DNA of 64,000 nucleotides from an uncultured Clostridia bacterium (GCA_947426305.1 CANEDP010000006.1:1922-65921); one strand, 5' to 3'; positions 1 through 11,483 are shown, counted from the stretch's first letter. Program-made: numbers and translations. Notes: generated from the letters alone by a model not told the origin.

Positions 1-3000
1 GCTGCATATGGTTGTAATTCAATAATAAAGTCTTTGTTATTTAATGTGCTTTCTGTACTATCCACACTCACAATCAAGTTGTTTCGATTTTGTGTTTCAT
101 ACTGAATTCCCTTGCTGTCTACAATCATATTGTTTTGAACAATATCTTCGTCAATATGTCCTTTCAATTCTTCTGTTGTAATATTACTCCAACTTGAATT
201 TTCAAAATTGTTTAGGTTTCCACTAAATACAACATTATTATCAACATAGTCAACCACTTGTCTTAAGGTTGATGTAACAACTGCATCACTTTCGCCTACA
301 CCATAGTAGTAAATATTTCCTAAATATTTTCCAAGTGCTGTGTCATTTTTCAAAGCATTTCCATCTTTATGATATGTTGCAAAAGCTGTTGCCAAATTTC
401 CAATTGTTTCAGGGAATTTTGTATTGTCTTCTGCGTAAACCATATTTGCCAATTCGCCTGTTCTATCAACTTCTCCTGCATTTAATACCGTAAATCTATA
501 TTTTACAGTAATTGTCGTTCCTTCTAAAATGCTTGTGTCAATACTGATGTATCTGAAACCATGTGTTGTCGCTTGGTCTCTATTTAGTGCTTGCAAATTG
601 TCAATTCCATAGGAATTTGCTGAATCTAATTCAACATTTGCTGTGATTTTTCCGTTTTCATCAACTTCATAATCAATCGTATATTTTGCGTCCATAATGT
701 TATTTCCATCGGATGTCGTCAAAATAATTTCCTCGATTTGTTGATCTAACGTAAGTTCCGTAATTGGTCTTTCTTCCAAACCGAAATCCACATTTTTTAC
801 CGTATATGTGTAATTCTCACTTCCATAGGTTGGAAGCTCGATATTCATATCGATTTTTGGTGTATCAGCAAACATTGTATAATCTTTATACAAATCGCTA
901 TTTTCGTTAAAGTCAGCCATTACAGCGGAATTTTTATACGTTATTTCTCTTGATTTTTCCACAACTTTTAGTCTTTCGATTTCGCTATCAATTGCTGTAT
1001 TTACTCTTTCGCCACTTTCATCTGCATTCAAATAGTTATTAATATTTAAGTAACTATCTGCTTTCAAAGTTGTTTCCTCGTTTTCTAGTTTTCCATTGAA
1101 CTTAGCTGATTTGTAATCTTGACCATTATAGCTTTCTGCTAACGAATACTTTGCTGAATCAATTTTCTTGTTTCCATAAATAAATCTTACAACATAATCA
1201 CCTGCGATTACATTTTGGAATCTGTATTCACCCTGATTATCTGTTTCAATGGTTGTATCAAATCCTGTAATTTCTTCTAAAGTTGCTCCATTTAAACATT
1301 CTAATGGCTCTTCTGTTGGCCAGATGTAATCATATTCTGTGTAGCTTTCGTCTGGATTTTTTACTGCTACTTTTTGCACTAAGTTTGTTGTCAAACTTTC
1401 AATTTCTTTTTCACCAGAATCTTTTTTACCATCACCAACCCATTGATTATATCCTGGATTTTCTTGGTTGTCTCGTGCATCTCCATTGCTGTTATCTTCC
1501 CAAACGACACCATTAATATTTCTATCTACATTTTCTCCAACTAAGTTTACCTTAATTCTAGGTGCTGCGAAAGTATCGTCTTCATACCAAGCTTTGGTGT
1601 TATAAACTGGTAAGTTCACATTGCTTGGTGCAGAATCTCGGTCGATTCTTCCTGCATAATTTTTTGTTCCTTGATTGAATACAGAGTAACTTGCAATTTC
1701 TGCCACATTGCATTTTTGTCCTAAGATAATCGAATCTTCAATTGCTTTACCGCTTATCGTATCTTTATCTTTGTTTACTTTAAAGGTTAAGGTTAATTCT
1801 TTTGATTCTCCCGGAGCTAAAACAATTCCTAAATCATTTGCTGTCATTTTGTTGTAGATAATATTGTTTCCATCTCCGTCTGTGTCTGAACCTGGAATTC
1901 CTACTTTTGCATGAGTATCCCATTTATTTGCATAATCAGAAGCATTCGCCACTACGATTTCTGCATTTACATCGGATTCTGTTTTTCCTACAATTTGTGT
2001 TTTTAGATATTTTGTTTCATTTGCTCTTACTAACGTAAAGCTGCTGTCATAGTAATCATCTAAGCTATTGATTTGTACATCATAGATTGACGAACTATTT
2101 TGCAATTTTACCTTATATGTCAAATAAATATCTAATTCTGTATCTTTTAATGTTTTGCCCAAAGTTGCATAGAACTCTTTTAATTTATCATACAAGTCTA
2201 GATTATTTTTATACATCTCTGCTCTATAGTAATAATCTGATTTATAAAGTCCTAAGGTATATTTGATGTCTTCTGTATTATTTCCAACATAAATATCTTT
2301 ACTTAGTGAGCCAAGTTTTTGCTCTGTTAAATCATAAAGACCACTATAGTTGTATTGATACATTCTTTCATTTAAAACTACTTTTGCATTATCTAAGTTT
2401 TTCGTTAAACCAACATCAACAACTTCTCTTTCCTTCAAACCTAGATTGATGTGTAAACAGTAATTATAAACTGCTAAGAATTTGTATTTTGTATGGAACC
2501 CTGAATCATCAATTGTTTTATTAACTTCTGTCAAAGCACTTCCGTCATAGCCATCCACATCAAATGGGAAGGTTAATCCTCCTGCTGATGTTGTAGCTGT
2601 TGCTTTGAATAAGTCTAATACTCTGCCATCATAAGGATTTGATGTATTTAGGCGAGATATCGTTGGATATGCTGTTCCAGCATTGGCAGAAGAATAACTG
2701 ATTTCAGCCTGCGTTCCGTCTGTCAAGCCTACATAACCTGTTGTATCTCCATTTGCGTTGATTGCTGTTTTTCCAGATACTTCTTTGATGTTTTTGCTAT
2801 TGTTGGAAACTTCAATTGCCATCGAGTTGTTTTCATAGTCTTTTTTGCCTGCTGTTGTTGCATTTTTAAAACTAGCTCCATCTCCATTTGCTGTAGCTAA
2901 GAAAGTTGTTGTCTCATACGTTTGACCGTCATAAGCAAATTCTACATCATAACTTGCCGAATATCCTTCCTGCTCTACTCCCGGAACGCCAATTCTTGGC

Positions 3001-5900
3001 ACATCCCATTTACCATCTGATTTTGTGATAATTGGGAACGTAAGCTCATTGCCTTGGTCGTCTTGATAAGCAGTTGCTACTTTTCTTTCAACCACATTTC
3101 CTGAACCATCATAAATCACTTTATAAATGGTTACTTCTGCGTTCTCTTTTAATGGCTCACCTTCATCGTATACACCGTTTGGAGAATTGTAATATTCATC
3201 ATCACTCTTTTGGTCAAGAATGCCATCTACCCAAACAATTCCTGACATTTCAAAGGTTAAATCAATTTCTGTATCCGATGGAATTTCGTTGACAATGGTT
3301 ACTTCTACTGTTCCACCATCTAGCAAATTGTGCCCCGGCGTATCCGTTGATTCATTTTCTGTGTAACTATAATCGATTGACCTGCATACCCATTTGTCTG
3401 GAAGGCTTACTTCTCTCACTGTGTAAGTTGGTGTTTCTGAACCATACCAAACAACATTATCAATCGTAAATTCCCATCCATTTTCTGCAGATAAGGTTTT
3501 CTTGATGACTTTGCTGGAATTCTGAATGGTTTCACCGCCATACACGAAAGTTCCTTCTATCGTTACTTCTACATCAAATTTAACGTTCAATTGATTTGCC
3601 AATTCTTTTAGTTCTTCTGCTGTCATCTTCTCGCTTGAGAAGAAGTTTTTGATAACTTTTATATTTCCTTGATGTTTGTTTACATCATTCGTAAATTTGA
3701 CTGCTGTCAAATTCGTTGTTTCTCCTTTTACCAATTGACCAGTAATCTTATTGGTATTTCTTTCGACTCTCGATTTACCATTTACTGTTTCTTCAATTGT
3801 ACTTACACTCGCCGAATTCATATTAATTTCTTCTACTGTATAAGTAGGAGCAACATTTATATCTTTCCATTCGAATCCATATGGACCGATTTTCTCACCT
3901 GCTTTTACGCCATATACTTCAAATTCAACCGTTCCACTGTCTGTATTTTTTACGCCACTGACAGTTATTCTAAAGTCGAATGTATCGTCTGTCGTCTGTC
4001 CATCTTTTAACGCTTTTTCTACGGTTAAATAACTCATTGCTGAACCATTTAACGCATTTACTTTTATCGTAGAGCCATTTCCATTTAAAGTTCCTTTGGA
4101 TGGCGTGATACTTGGTGTATATTTTTTACTGTCTTCGGTTTCAATCTCTGTAATCTCATACGTTGGTGCTGATTTTCCACTCCACCTATATTCTTTTGAT
4201 GTCCATACATTTCCTGTTGTCTTTCCTTGTTTTACAACAATTGTAGCAACAGATACATCATGTCTGCCATTCGGCATCGTTACATCTACTCTAAATTTAA
4301 AGGTTTCATCTTTTTCTGCTGGACTACTTACTGTTTTTGAAATCTGTATCTTATTTCGTTTATATTTAATTTGATTGACCGCTGTTGCCGTTATGGTTTG
4401 ATTGACCGCCAGTGTTCCCGAAGACGAACTGATGGATTTTACTTCCCAGCTACTATCCGATGGTGTTGAAACCTCTTGAATTTCATAGGTTGGTGCTGAT
4501 TGCTTATTGGTCCATTTATAAGTTCCGACCGTTGCTGTTGAACCTGCTTTTACAGTTACAACACTATTTTCAACTCTTCCATCGCTATGTGTAATTTTTA
4601 TTTTAAAATCAAAATATTGGTTTTTTCCAAATCTATCTTTTACTTCATCTGCTGATAGTTCGTTTCCATTTTCATCTAACGCTTTCTTTTGAATTTTCAA
4701 AGTCGATTGATTTAGTTTAATCGAAACTTTCTCAACTTCATACCATCTTGCAGCCATATTTTCTACAGCTAATGTTTGTGATTTCAAGTCAAGATTCTGT
4801 TTATCTGCTTTTAACTGATAACTCCATTGATGTACGTGTCCTAATTGACTGCAAGAACCTGCTGTACAAGTTCTCGTACAACTCCATGAAAATTTGTCAT
4901 ACGTTCCGCTTAGTTTCTGATATTTACCACCTGCTACTAAATATTTGTAATCTACATCAATTCCTGTCACTTTGGTTGCTTTTTCCATATAATTCATTTC
5001 AATATAGAAAGTTTCTTTTGAGGCAGGATATTTTTTGTCTTTGTCTTGTTTTTCTTTTGGGAAGATAAATCTCCATTGGTCATCTTTTAAGGCTTCTGTG
5101 CTAGCGTCTGTATAGATATCGAATTTATCAAGTAAGCCAAAATCGATACCATTAAAAGAATCGTCCACATACTTTATGTTATAAGGTCCAGCAATCCATT
5201 TTTGTCTTTTTTCATCAAAACTAACAGTTGCTTTTGATGTGTCAAACTCAATAGTAGATGGTACGTCTGTTTCAGGAAACATGATTTCTACCGTTTTTCC
5301 ATCTTCAAACGTATGCGTCATTGGTTTATATTTGGATGTATCTTCAATATCGCCATTTTTATCTTTTACAATTTTCTTAACAAAATCTTGGTAAGCTGTT
5401 CCAATTGCTGCTAATTCATTATCTTTTGGATGCACATTACCTACATTTTCTTTTGTCGTCCACCACGCTACTTGTACAGGACATGGATAGCCACCTTGAT
5501 TTTCTTTAATATGGTTTAAAATATATGCTGCCTTAGGAGGACAAATTTTGTCTTCTATTACTGCATAATAAGCAAGTTCTTCACTTTGATAATTATGACC
5601 AAGTAGTGTATTATAAGTTGCTTCATTACTTCCTAGTGTTGTGGTATCAATTTTATTTCCACCGTCTTTAGCATATTTAACATCATTTTGACTTGGAATG
5701 TGTTGAATATGGTCAGTACATAAAATTTGCCATAGTGTAGCCAATTGGTTATAACTGATTGAACGTGGACCATATGGATCATTTTCTACATAGCCTTCTT
5801 CTAACGTCTTTGCGTACGTTTTGCAAGATAAGAATATTGGCATTAACATCATGAATAAGATAAAGACAATTGCGATTTTCACTTTGTTATTTTTTATCAT
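1..5900 (-). CDS. giant secreted surface protein, B-type (N-terminal >1960 codons; C-terminus runs off left edge)
   Basis: Uninterrupted minus-strand frame from ATG 5900..5898 to the window edge; absent from the ORF track because it is open-ended. The SD GGAGG lies in the last codons of the upstream gene. Signal-like N-terminus MIKNNKVKIAIVFILFMMLMPIFLSC. Repeated ~95-aa beta domains end in APTYEI(Q/T)E. The left-edge part (VVDYVDNNVVFSG..SKGIQYETQNRNNLIVSVDS) aligns with the C-terminal region of the 11519..18580 product. Confidence 0.8.
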   Translation of the reverse strand, partial: MIKNNKVKIAIVFILFMMLMPIFLSCKTYAKTLEEGYVENDPYGPRSISYNQLATLWQILCTDHIQHIPSQNDVKYAKDGGNKIDTTTLGSNEATYNTLLGHNYQSEELAYYAVIEDKICPPKAAYILNHIKENQGGYPCPVQVAWWTTKENVGNVHPKDNELAAIGTAYQDFVKKIVKDKNGDIEDTSKYKPMTHTFEDGKTVEIMFPETDVPSTIEFDTSKATVSFDEKRQKWIAGPYNIKYVDDSFNGIDFGLLDKFDIYTDASTEALKDDQWRFIFPKEKQDKDKKYPASKETFYIEMNYMEKATKVTGIDVDYKYLVAGGKYQKLSGTYDKFSWSCTRTCTAGSCSQLGHVHQWSYQLKADKQNLDLKSQTLAVENMAARWYEVEKVSIKLNQSTLKIQKKALDENGNELSADEVKDRFGKNQYFDFKIKITHSDGRVENSVVTVKAGSTATVGTYKWTNKQSAPTYEIQEVSTPSDSSWEVKSISSSSGTLAVNQTITATAVNQIKYKRNKIQISKTVSSPAEKDETFKFRVDVTMPNGRHDVSVATIVVKQGKTTGNVWTSKEYRWSGKSAPTYEITEIETEDSKKYTPSITPSKGTLNGNGSTIKVNALNGSAMSYLTVEKALKDGQTTDDTFDFRITVSGVKNTDSGTVEFEVYGVKAGEKIGPYGFEWKDINVAPTYTVEEINMNSASVSTIEETVNGKSRVERNTNKITGQLVKGETTNLTAVKFTNDVNKHQGNIKVIKNFFSSEKMTAEELKELANQLNVKFDVEVTIEGTFVYGGETIQNSSKVIKKTLSAENGWEFTIDNVVWYGSETPTYTVREVSLPDKWVCRSIDYSYTENESTDTPGHNLLDGGTVEVTIVNEIPSDTEIDLTFEMSGIVWVDGILDQKSDDEYYNSPNGVYDEGEPLKENAEVTIYKVIYDGSGNVVERKVATAYQDDQGNELTFPIITKSDGKWDVPRIGVPGVEQEGYSASYDVEFAYDGQTYETTTFLATANGDGASFKNATTAGKKDYENNSMAIEVSNNSKNIKEVSGKTAINANGDTTGYVGLTDGTQAEISYSSANAGTAYPTISRLNTSNPYDGRVLDLFKATATTSAGGLTFPFDVDGYDGSALTEVNKTIDDSGFHTKYKFLAVYNYCLHINLGLKEREVVDVGLTKNLDNAKVVLNERMYQYNYSGLYDLTEQKLGSLSKDIYVGNNTEDIKYTLGLYKSDYYYRAEMYKNNLDLYDKLKEFYATLGKTLKDTELDIYLTYKVKLQNSSSIYDVQINSLDDYYDSSFTLVRANETKYLKTQIVGKTESDVNAEIVVANASDYANKWDTHAKVGIPGSDTDGDGNNIIYNKMTANDLGIVLAPGESKELTLTFKVNKDKDTISGKAIEDSIILGQKCNVAEIASYSVFNQGTKNYAGRIDRDSAPSNVNLPVYNTKAWYEDDTFAAPRIKVNLVGENVDRNINGVVWEDNSNGDARDNQENPGYNQWVGDGKKDSGEKEIESLTTNLVQKVAVKNPDESYTEYDYIWPTEEPLECLNGATLEEITGFDTTIETDNQGEYRFQNVIAGDYVVRFIYGNKKIDSAKYSLAESYNGQDYKSAKFNGKLENEETTLKADSYLNINNYLNADESGERVNTAIDSEIERLKVVEKSREITYKNSAVMADFNENSDLYKDYTMFADTPKIDMNIELPTYGSENYTYTVKNVDFGLEERPITELTLDQQIEEIILTTSDGNNIMDAKYTIDYEVDENGKITANVELDSANSYGIDNLQALNRDQATTHGFRYISIDTSILEGTTITVKYRFTVLNAGEVDRTGELANMVYAEDNTKFPETIGNLATAFATYHKDGNALKNDTALGKYLGNIYYYGVGESDAVVTSTLRQVVDYVDNNVVFSGNLNNFENSSWSNITTEELKGHIDEDIVQNNMIVDSKGIQYETQNRNNLIVSVDSTESTLNNKDFIIELQPYA

Positions 5901-5904
5901 TCGA

Positions 5905-8900
5905 CTAAACACCTCCTTTTCTCTTATTCTTTACTACTCTTTCGTATACGATAAACGCTACTGCGCCACCGATTAAAATACTTACAATCATTGCTGATAC
6001 ATAAATTAATGTTTCACCCGTTTTAACTGTTAAGATAATATCTGCTGTTGAAATATCGTCTTCACCTTGTGCTTTGTTACTTGGTACAGAGTTTCTGTCG
6101 GATACACCGTAGATATTAAAATCATCTGCAATTTCTGCTGTGTTACTTACTAAACCTGTATTTTCTGTTGTCATTTGTTTGGTTAATACTAAAGTAATCT
6201 CTTGGCTTTGACCACTTGCTAACTCTTTATTCGCTAAGGCTTTGGTGTATAAATTTCCACCTGCTCCTGTGTACCAGTCTGGATTTAGGTTAGAGTTAAA
6301 CGTCATGCCTTGTGGCAAATAGTCAACAATTTCTGAAGCAAATCCTGCAAGATCTCCATTGTTGGTAACTGTCATGGTATATTCTACGTAAACTGTAGTT
6401 CCTGCTAGATATTTTGCTGTAATTGCATATTGTGAAAGTTTGGTTTTGTCAAATTCTTCAGTTACAGTTCCTTGTGCATTTTGAACCGTTACTTTAGTGA
6501 TTGCTTTTTCAATTCCTAAACTAAATTGTGCAGCTTCAACAAGTCCGATATCTATATTGGATACATTGGCACCATTTACGCTAATTACATCAGTTACTGC
6601 ACCGTTTTCTCTTTTACCATTTTGCTCAATCTTCGTTGTCACAACATCTGAATTAATGTTGGATTCGATTCCTTCTTTTCGATAGGTTGTCGTTGTATAT
6701 AAAATAGTATCATATTTAAACAATACTAGGTAAGAACCATTTCCAATTCCTGCAAATGAGTATTCTCCATTTTGATTGGTTGTCATAGTTCCTTTAATCA
6801 CACCAGATGTGCTGTCAACTAACATCGCTGTAACACCACTCATTCTTTGCTCGCCGTCATCTCTCATACCATTTTTATTGGCATCTAACCAAGCAACACC
6901 TGAAATTTTGTAAGATTTGGTAATGTCGGTATTAGTGTTTTGATTTGAGTTGGTTCCATTTTGATTGGTTGTAGAATTGTTATCTGTAACAGCTGAATCC
7001 TCTGGATTTTCTTCACTTTCAGTCGCTTGAATAATGTGTGTTACTGAGTTACTTGTAATTTCTTCAGCTCCAGCACTAGCTAAAGTTGCCACATTGGTAA
7101 CTGTTTTCTCTTTGCTTCCATTTAAATTAGAAGCTACAGCTTGAATATTGACGGTTACTTCGTCACCCGCTGGAACGGATAAAGTTAATTCTGTTTTTTC
7201 TGTTTCGGACACATTTCTTATTGATTCCACTTCGCCTGCTCGATAGGTCATCTTAGTAACTACAATTCCTTCTGGAATGTTATCTGTCAAAACAACATTT
7301 CTTGCTTCCTTCATTCCTTCATTTTTAATCGTAAACTCATAATTGATGATTTCTCCTTCTGCAACATAGGTTGAAGTTGAAGTGTTTTGCGTAAATTGGA
7401 TACTACTTTTTCCAATATTAATATTGATGTCTTTTGCTAAATAGTTTTTCGTTGTTTGTGCTGAAATCTCAGTTACAACAGAAACGGTATTTGCTGTTGT
7501 TCCCTCATTTAAGTCTCCCACTGTTACGACTAATTTTAAGGTTTGACCTTTGCTTTCCTCTAGGTCTCCAATTTTCCAAGTTACTTCGCCTGTTGATGCG
7601 TCATAATTTCCTTGGTCCTCACGTCCTACCATGTAGGCTTTTTGGAAAGTTAAGCCTTGTGGAAGTTTGGTTACTACTGTAACATCTTTTTGTATTTGTT
7701 CTGTCAAGTTTTCAGCGCGTATGGTAATATTTAATTCGTCGCCTTTTTTATAGTAGAAATCACTTGGCACTTCTGAATCGATAAATTGGTAAATGTTCCA
7801 TTCAGATGGCTCTAGTTTTATTTCTATTTTATTAGAAGAAACTTTCGCATCTAAATCTTTTGCCTCTACTGTAGCAGATACATTGACTGTATCTTCTGAA
7901 TAGATTTTTTCTACTTTTACGATTGCGTTAATTTCAAGTGATGTATTTTTTGGCAAATCTTCGATTTTTGCAATTACTTTTCCGTCTGCAAATTCAATAT
8001 TGGCAATGTCTTTGTCTGCTTCTGCTGATACGAAAGAAGTATTGGCTAGTAGTGGAATCTCCACTAAAACATCTTGTGCGGTATCTTGACCAATATTTTT
8101 TATCTTAGTTGTTAGTTTGATTTCGTCATTTTCTTTGACTTCTGTTACGTCTGCTTTTAAGTCAATTTCTAGTTCTGGACCTGCACCTGTTGTTAATCCA
8201 ATTAAATCTGGTTTGGCTTGTTCTTCTATTTGGTTTCCATCGATGTTGTTTGTGTAGGTTGCCACAAAGGTTCCATAGATGTTTTCATTATGGTTTAAGT
8301 TGGCTGGTATTTCATATTCGTAAGTAAATTTTAATACTTGTTTTGCTTCGATTGTACTATTTTCATTGTTTGGAATGATTAAGTAAGATTTGATGTTTTC
8401 CAAACTTTCTGGATTAGTAGTCCAGCCATTTGCTTCACGATTTAGGTCCCTAGTTGCTTCTTTGTTTTCTGAATAATAAATCGTGAATTCTCCATTATTA
8501 TTTTCACTTGAAATAATTGGGCTAACCATTTTGGTGTCAAGTGTGGTTCCTAAATTTTCGTCTGTTGTTAAATCTTTTATTCCTTCAAATGGAATTCTTC
8601 CTAAAATTGCAACATTGGTAATGGCATTTTCATTGTTATTCATGATGGCAATTTCCATTTTGGCATTTTTAGCTTCTGAGTAAATGTCGATATAATCGAC
8701 TTGGTTTCCTTGTTTCATGGAAGTTAACATACTTCCTTTGTTGTTATAATTAGATAATGTGTTGGTTGCAACAACTCCACTTGGTGCAGAATATTTGATT
8801 TCTGCTTCTTGGTAAGCAACGGCATTCGTATTTTCCAAATGATATTCCACAGAATTGGCGTAATTCGTTGCTTCGCTGTTGTAGCAGTATGCTTTAATTG

Positions 8901-10992
8901 CTTGATTAATTGTAGGTGTAAATTGATCAACATCAATATCTGCATTTAGGACAATATTGGTACCATTGGTTAAAACTCCTGAATTGAAATCTGTTTGATT
9001 TCCTACGACAGTAATTTTGATGATGATTTTTCCGTCTTTTATATAGGATTCAACGTTAGCAATTTCTAGTCCTTCTCCATAAATCATGCTACTATTTGTT
9101 ATGTTCATATTGTTAATCTGCTCTGGCATTTCGATTTCGAATACAGAGTTTCCATATTTGTCAGACGTTTTTTTATCGTTGTTTAGTTCTAAACGTATTT
9201 CTACGTTCGTGTTTGTTGTTACGGTTGATAAACTATCTCGATCTATTTTTAAGTTGAAGTTTGTTGTGGTGTCATTTAGTTTTGTTTTGGTAGAAACACT
9301 TCCTAATTCAGTCATATCTGAAACATAAGTAAATTTTGCTTTTTGACTTGTTGCAGTTTCGATATATTCCATATTCGCATATTCATTTTGGCTCATTTCT
9401 ACATTGGAAATCGCTTTTTTACTAGCAATAATTAAGTTTCCTGTATTAACTGGTGCCGATGTTTTGATTATAATTTTTGAAATTTTATCTTGAAAATTAA
9501 TCACATAATTTCTATTTTCATCTGTTTGACTTTCTTCATTGATATTTGTTAATACATCTCCAGAATTATTTAATATTTCAACATTTCCATCTTCGCCTAA
9601 AATTTGATTGAAATTATCTTGGCTAATAAAAATTTGTTTGTAATAGATATCATTGGTTTGTATTTTGTTACCTGATTTGTCTATATAACTATTTTCTATA
9701 TCTTCTACTAGCATTCCTTCAACCATATCTGTGTAAGAAACATTCATAGAAGTTTTTGTATTGTATTCAATCTCTTTATTCAAATAACCATAAGATTTTG
9801 AAGCTTCTGGCGTTTCATTTTCGATGTGGTAAGAAACAATATTTCCAGTTTGTCCTGTTAAAATAATTTCGTCTGTTCTTTGAGCTTCAGTAGTCGTTTC
9901 TCTGTTTTCTGCTTCAATTCCACTAAAAGTAACTGACTTTGCTTTAATGGTAGAGGATGTTTTCATTTCTTCCTCAAGGGAAATATTTTCGAAAACATAA
10001 GTGATTACATATTCATCCATTCCTGCTTGGCTGTAATATCTTTCTTCTTGTTTGGTTTCTTCACCTTCTACTTTAAGGTATTCATCAAATTGATTAACCT
10101 CCACCAATTGCTTTTGGTTCTCAAGCTTAATATTAATTGTACCTTCTTCTTTATTATAAGTCCAATTTTCGTCCGTGAACTCTACTTCTCCAACGCCTTT
10201 ACCATTTGTGCCCACTGTAGAATTGGCAACAACATTTACCTGAGTTGGCATTTGACCTTTCATTTGAGGCACATCAATATTTACTTGAGTTTCTTTGATT
10301 GGTAAAGTATTCTGATTTTCGTTTGAGCTATCTACTTTCACAACTGTTTGCAAAATCATTCCATTATCACTAAATTGAATATATTTCGAAACTTCTTCTT
10401 CTACTTTGGTGGTTCGGTTATCTTTCCACGCCAAACTTAAGCTTACTTCTTTCGAAATTTCATTTTCTTCTCCGTCATCATCTATGTAAATTCCTGAAAG
10501 AATGACTTTAGTTGTGCTGTTTAGTTTGACCTCATTAATGTATTCTTCCATTTTGTATTCGATTGGAATCGAAATTTCAATCGCGTCTGAAGAATAGTCA
10601 ATTTTGTTGAATTCCAAAATATTATTTTCTAGGTTTTGAATATACTCTTGCTCCGCAACAGCATTTTCTTCTTTGATTTTGAAATTCAATTCTTCGTTTT
10701 CTTGTGGCTTAATTTCTACTTTTCCATTTTTTAGGTATCCGCTTTCTTTAATGTCAAGTTTTAAGCCAATTGTAAGATTTTGATTGTTGACATCACTTGC
10801 CAATGCATCTGACATTTCTTCTCCGTTAGCTAAATACGCTTCAAATTCAACATTTTCGTTTCCTGTATCTGAATTTGCTCCAAATAAGGACACAAAACCT
10901 GTTGTAGCAAAAGCTTCTGTTAACACTGCAAAATGCGAAAATGTCAAAGTGAAAACTAAAAACATTGCTAATAGTTTTTTTCTGTTTACCAT
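5905..10992 (-). CDS. giant cell-surface protein, A-type (1695 aa): signal peptide, DUF11/CARDB-like repeats, SdrD-B/Cna-B-like domain, C-terminal membrane anchor
   Basis: Track ORF. Signal peptide MVNRKKLLAMFLVFTLTFSHFAVLTEAFA. DUF11-type motifs (TKIKNIGQDTAQDVLVEIP, FTIKNEGMKEARNVVLTDNIPEGI, TVTNNGDLAGFASEIVDYLPQGMTF). SdrD-B-like segment GVAWLDANKNGMRDDGEQ..NGEYSF..GSYLVLF. C-terminal sequence TVKTGE, then a hydrophobic stretch, then KNKRKGGV. Paralog of 18586..23751. Confidence 0.85.
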   Translation of the reverse strand: MVNRKKLLAMFLVFTLTFSHFAVLTEAFATTGFVSLFGANSDTGNENVEFEAYLANGEEMSDALASDVNNQNLTIGLKLDIKESGYLKNGKVEIKPQENEELNFKIKEENAVAEQEYIQNLENNILEFNKIDYSSDAIEISIPIEYKMEEYINEVKLNSTTKVILSGIYIDDDGEENEISKEVSLSLAWKDNRTTKVEEEVSKYIQFSDNGMILQTVVKVDSSNENQNTLPIKETQVNIDVPQMKGQMPTQVNVVANSTVGTNGKGVGEVEFTDENWTYNKEEGTINIKLENQKQLVEVNQFDEYLKVEGEETKQEERYYSQAGMDEYVITYVFENISLEEEMKTSSTIKAKSVTFSGIEAENRETTTEAQRTDEIILTGQTGNIVSYHIENETPEASKSYGYLNKEIEYNTKTSMNVSYTDMVEGMLVEDIENSYIDKSGNKIQTNDIYYKQIFISQDNFNQILGEDGNVEILNNSGDVLTNINEESQTDENRNYVINFQDKISKIIIKTSAPVNTGNLIIASKKAISNVEMSQNEYANMEYIETATSQKAKFTYVSDMTELGSVSTKTKLNDTTTNFNLKIDRDSLSTVTTNTNVEIRLELNNDKKTSDKYGNSVFEIEMPEQINNMNITNSSMIYGEGLEIANVESYIKDGKIIIKITVVGNQTDFNSGVLTNGTNIVLNADIDVDQFTPTINQAIKAYCYNSEATNYANSVEYHLENTNAVAYQEAEIKYSAPSGVVATNTLSNYNNKGSMLTSMKQGNQVDYIDIYSEAKNAKMEIAIMNNNENAITNVAILGRIPFEGIKDLTTDENLGTTLDTKMVSPIISSENNNGEFTIYYSENKEATRDLNREANGWTTNPESLENIKSYLIIPNNENSTIEAKQVLKFTYEYEIPANLNHNENIYGTFVATYTNNIDGNQIEEQAKPDLIGLTTGAGPELEIDLKADVTEVKENDEIKLTTKIKNIGQDTAQDVLVEIPLLANTSFVSAEADKDIANIEFADGKVIAKIEDLPKNTSLEINAIVKVEKIYSEDTVNVSATVEAKDLDAKVSSNKIEIKLEPSEWNIYQFIDSEVPSDFYYKKGDELNITIRAENLTEQIQKDVTVVTKLPQGLTFQKAYMVGREDQGNYDASTGEVTWKIGDLEESKGQTLKLVVTVGDLNEGTTANTVSVVTEISAQTTKNYLAKDININIGKSSIQFTQNTSTSTYVAEGEIINYEFTIKNEGMKEARNVVLTDNIPEGIVVTKMTYRAGEVESIRNVSETEKTELTLSVPAGDEVTVNIQAVASNLNGSKEKTVTNVATLASAGAEEITSNSVTHIIQATESEENPEDSAVTDNNSTTNQNGTNSNQNTNTDITKSYKISGVAWLDANKNGMRDDGEQRMSGVTAMLVDSTSGVIKGTMTTNQNGEYSFAGIGNGSYLVLFKYDTILYTTTTYRKEGIESNINSDVVTTKIEQNGKRENGAVTDVISVNGANVSNIDIGLVEAAQFSLGIEKAITKVTVQNAQGTVTEEFDKTKLSQYAITAKYLAGTTVYVEYTMTVTNNGDLAGFASEIVDYLPQGMTFNSNLNPDWYTGAGGNLYTKALANKELASGQSQEITLVLTKQMTTENTGLVSNTAEIADDFNIYGVSDRNSVPSNKAQGEDDISTADIILTVKTGETLIYVSAMIVSILIGGAVAFIVYERVVKNKRKGGV

Positions 10993-11483
10993 AGTTTTTC
11001 CTCCTCAAAAACAAAACTTTACTTATAATTATACTATATTATCACATTCTATTTTACTACATTTTTTTGTGTAGTCAATAGCCTTAAAGACTGATAATAA
11101 TAGATTCTTTTAAGTATCAAAAAATTTTATTTACGGAAATAAAGTCTTTGATTACCTTATTTTTCAAATATAAAATTTTTGTTACATAACATCTTTTGGA
11201 TTTTTTCTTTATTTTTCATAAGTCCATACTTTCATTATATCATATTTTTTATTATTTCTCAACCTTTTTTTGACATTTTTTCAAAAAAGTTTAACTTTTT
11301 GGGTGGCTTTTTCCAATGGTTTGATAAAATTTATTGTCGATTTGACAGATTTTTTGTCGAATCTCAGGAAAGTTAATATGTAAATTTATAATTAGGAAAT
11401 TAATTTTTAGAACATTTGTTTTGATTTATTTTCTTAGGGAGATAGTAAATTGGCAATTTTTATCTACAAAAATTCAATTCATC

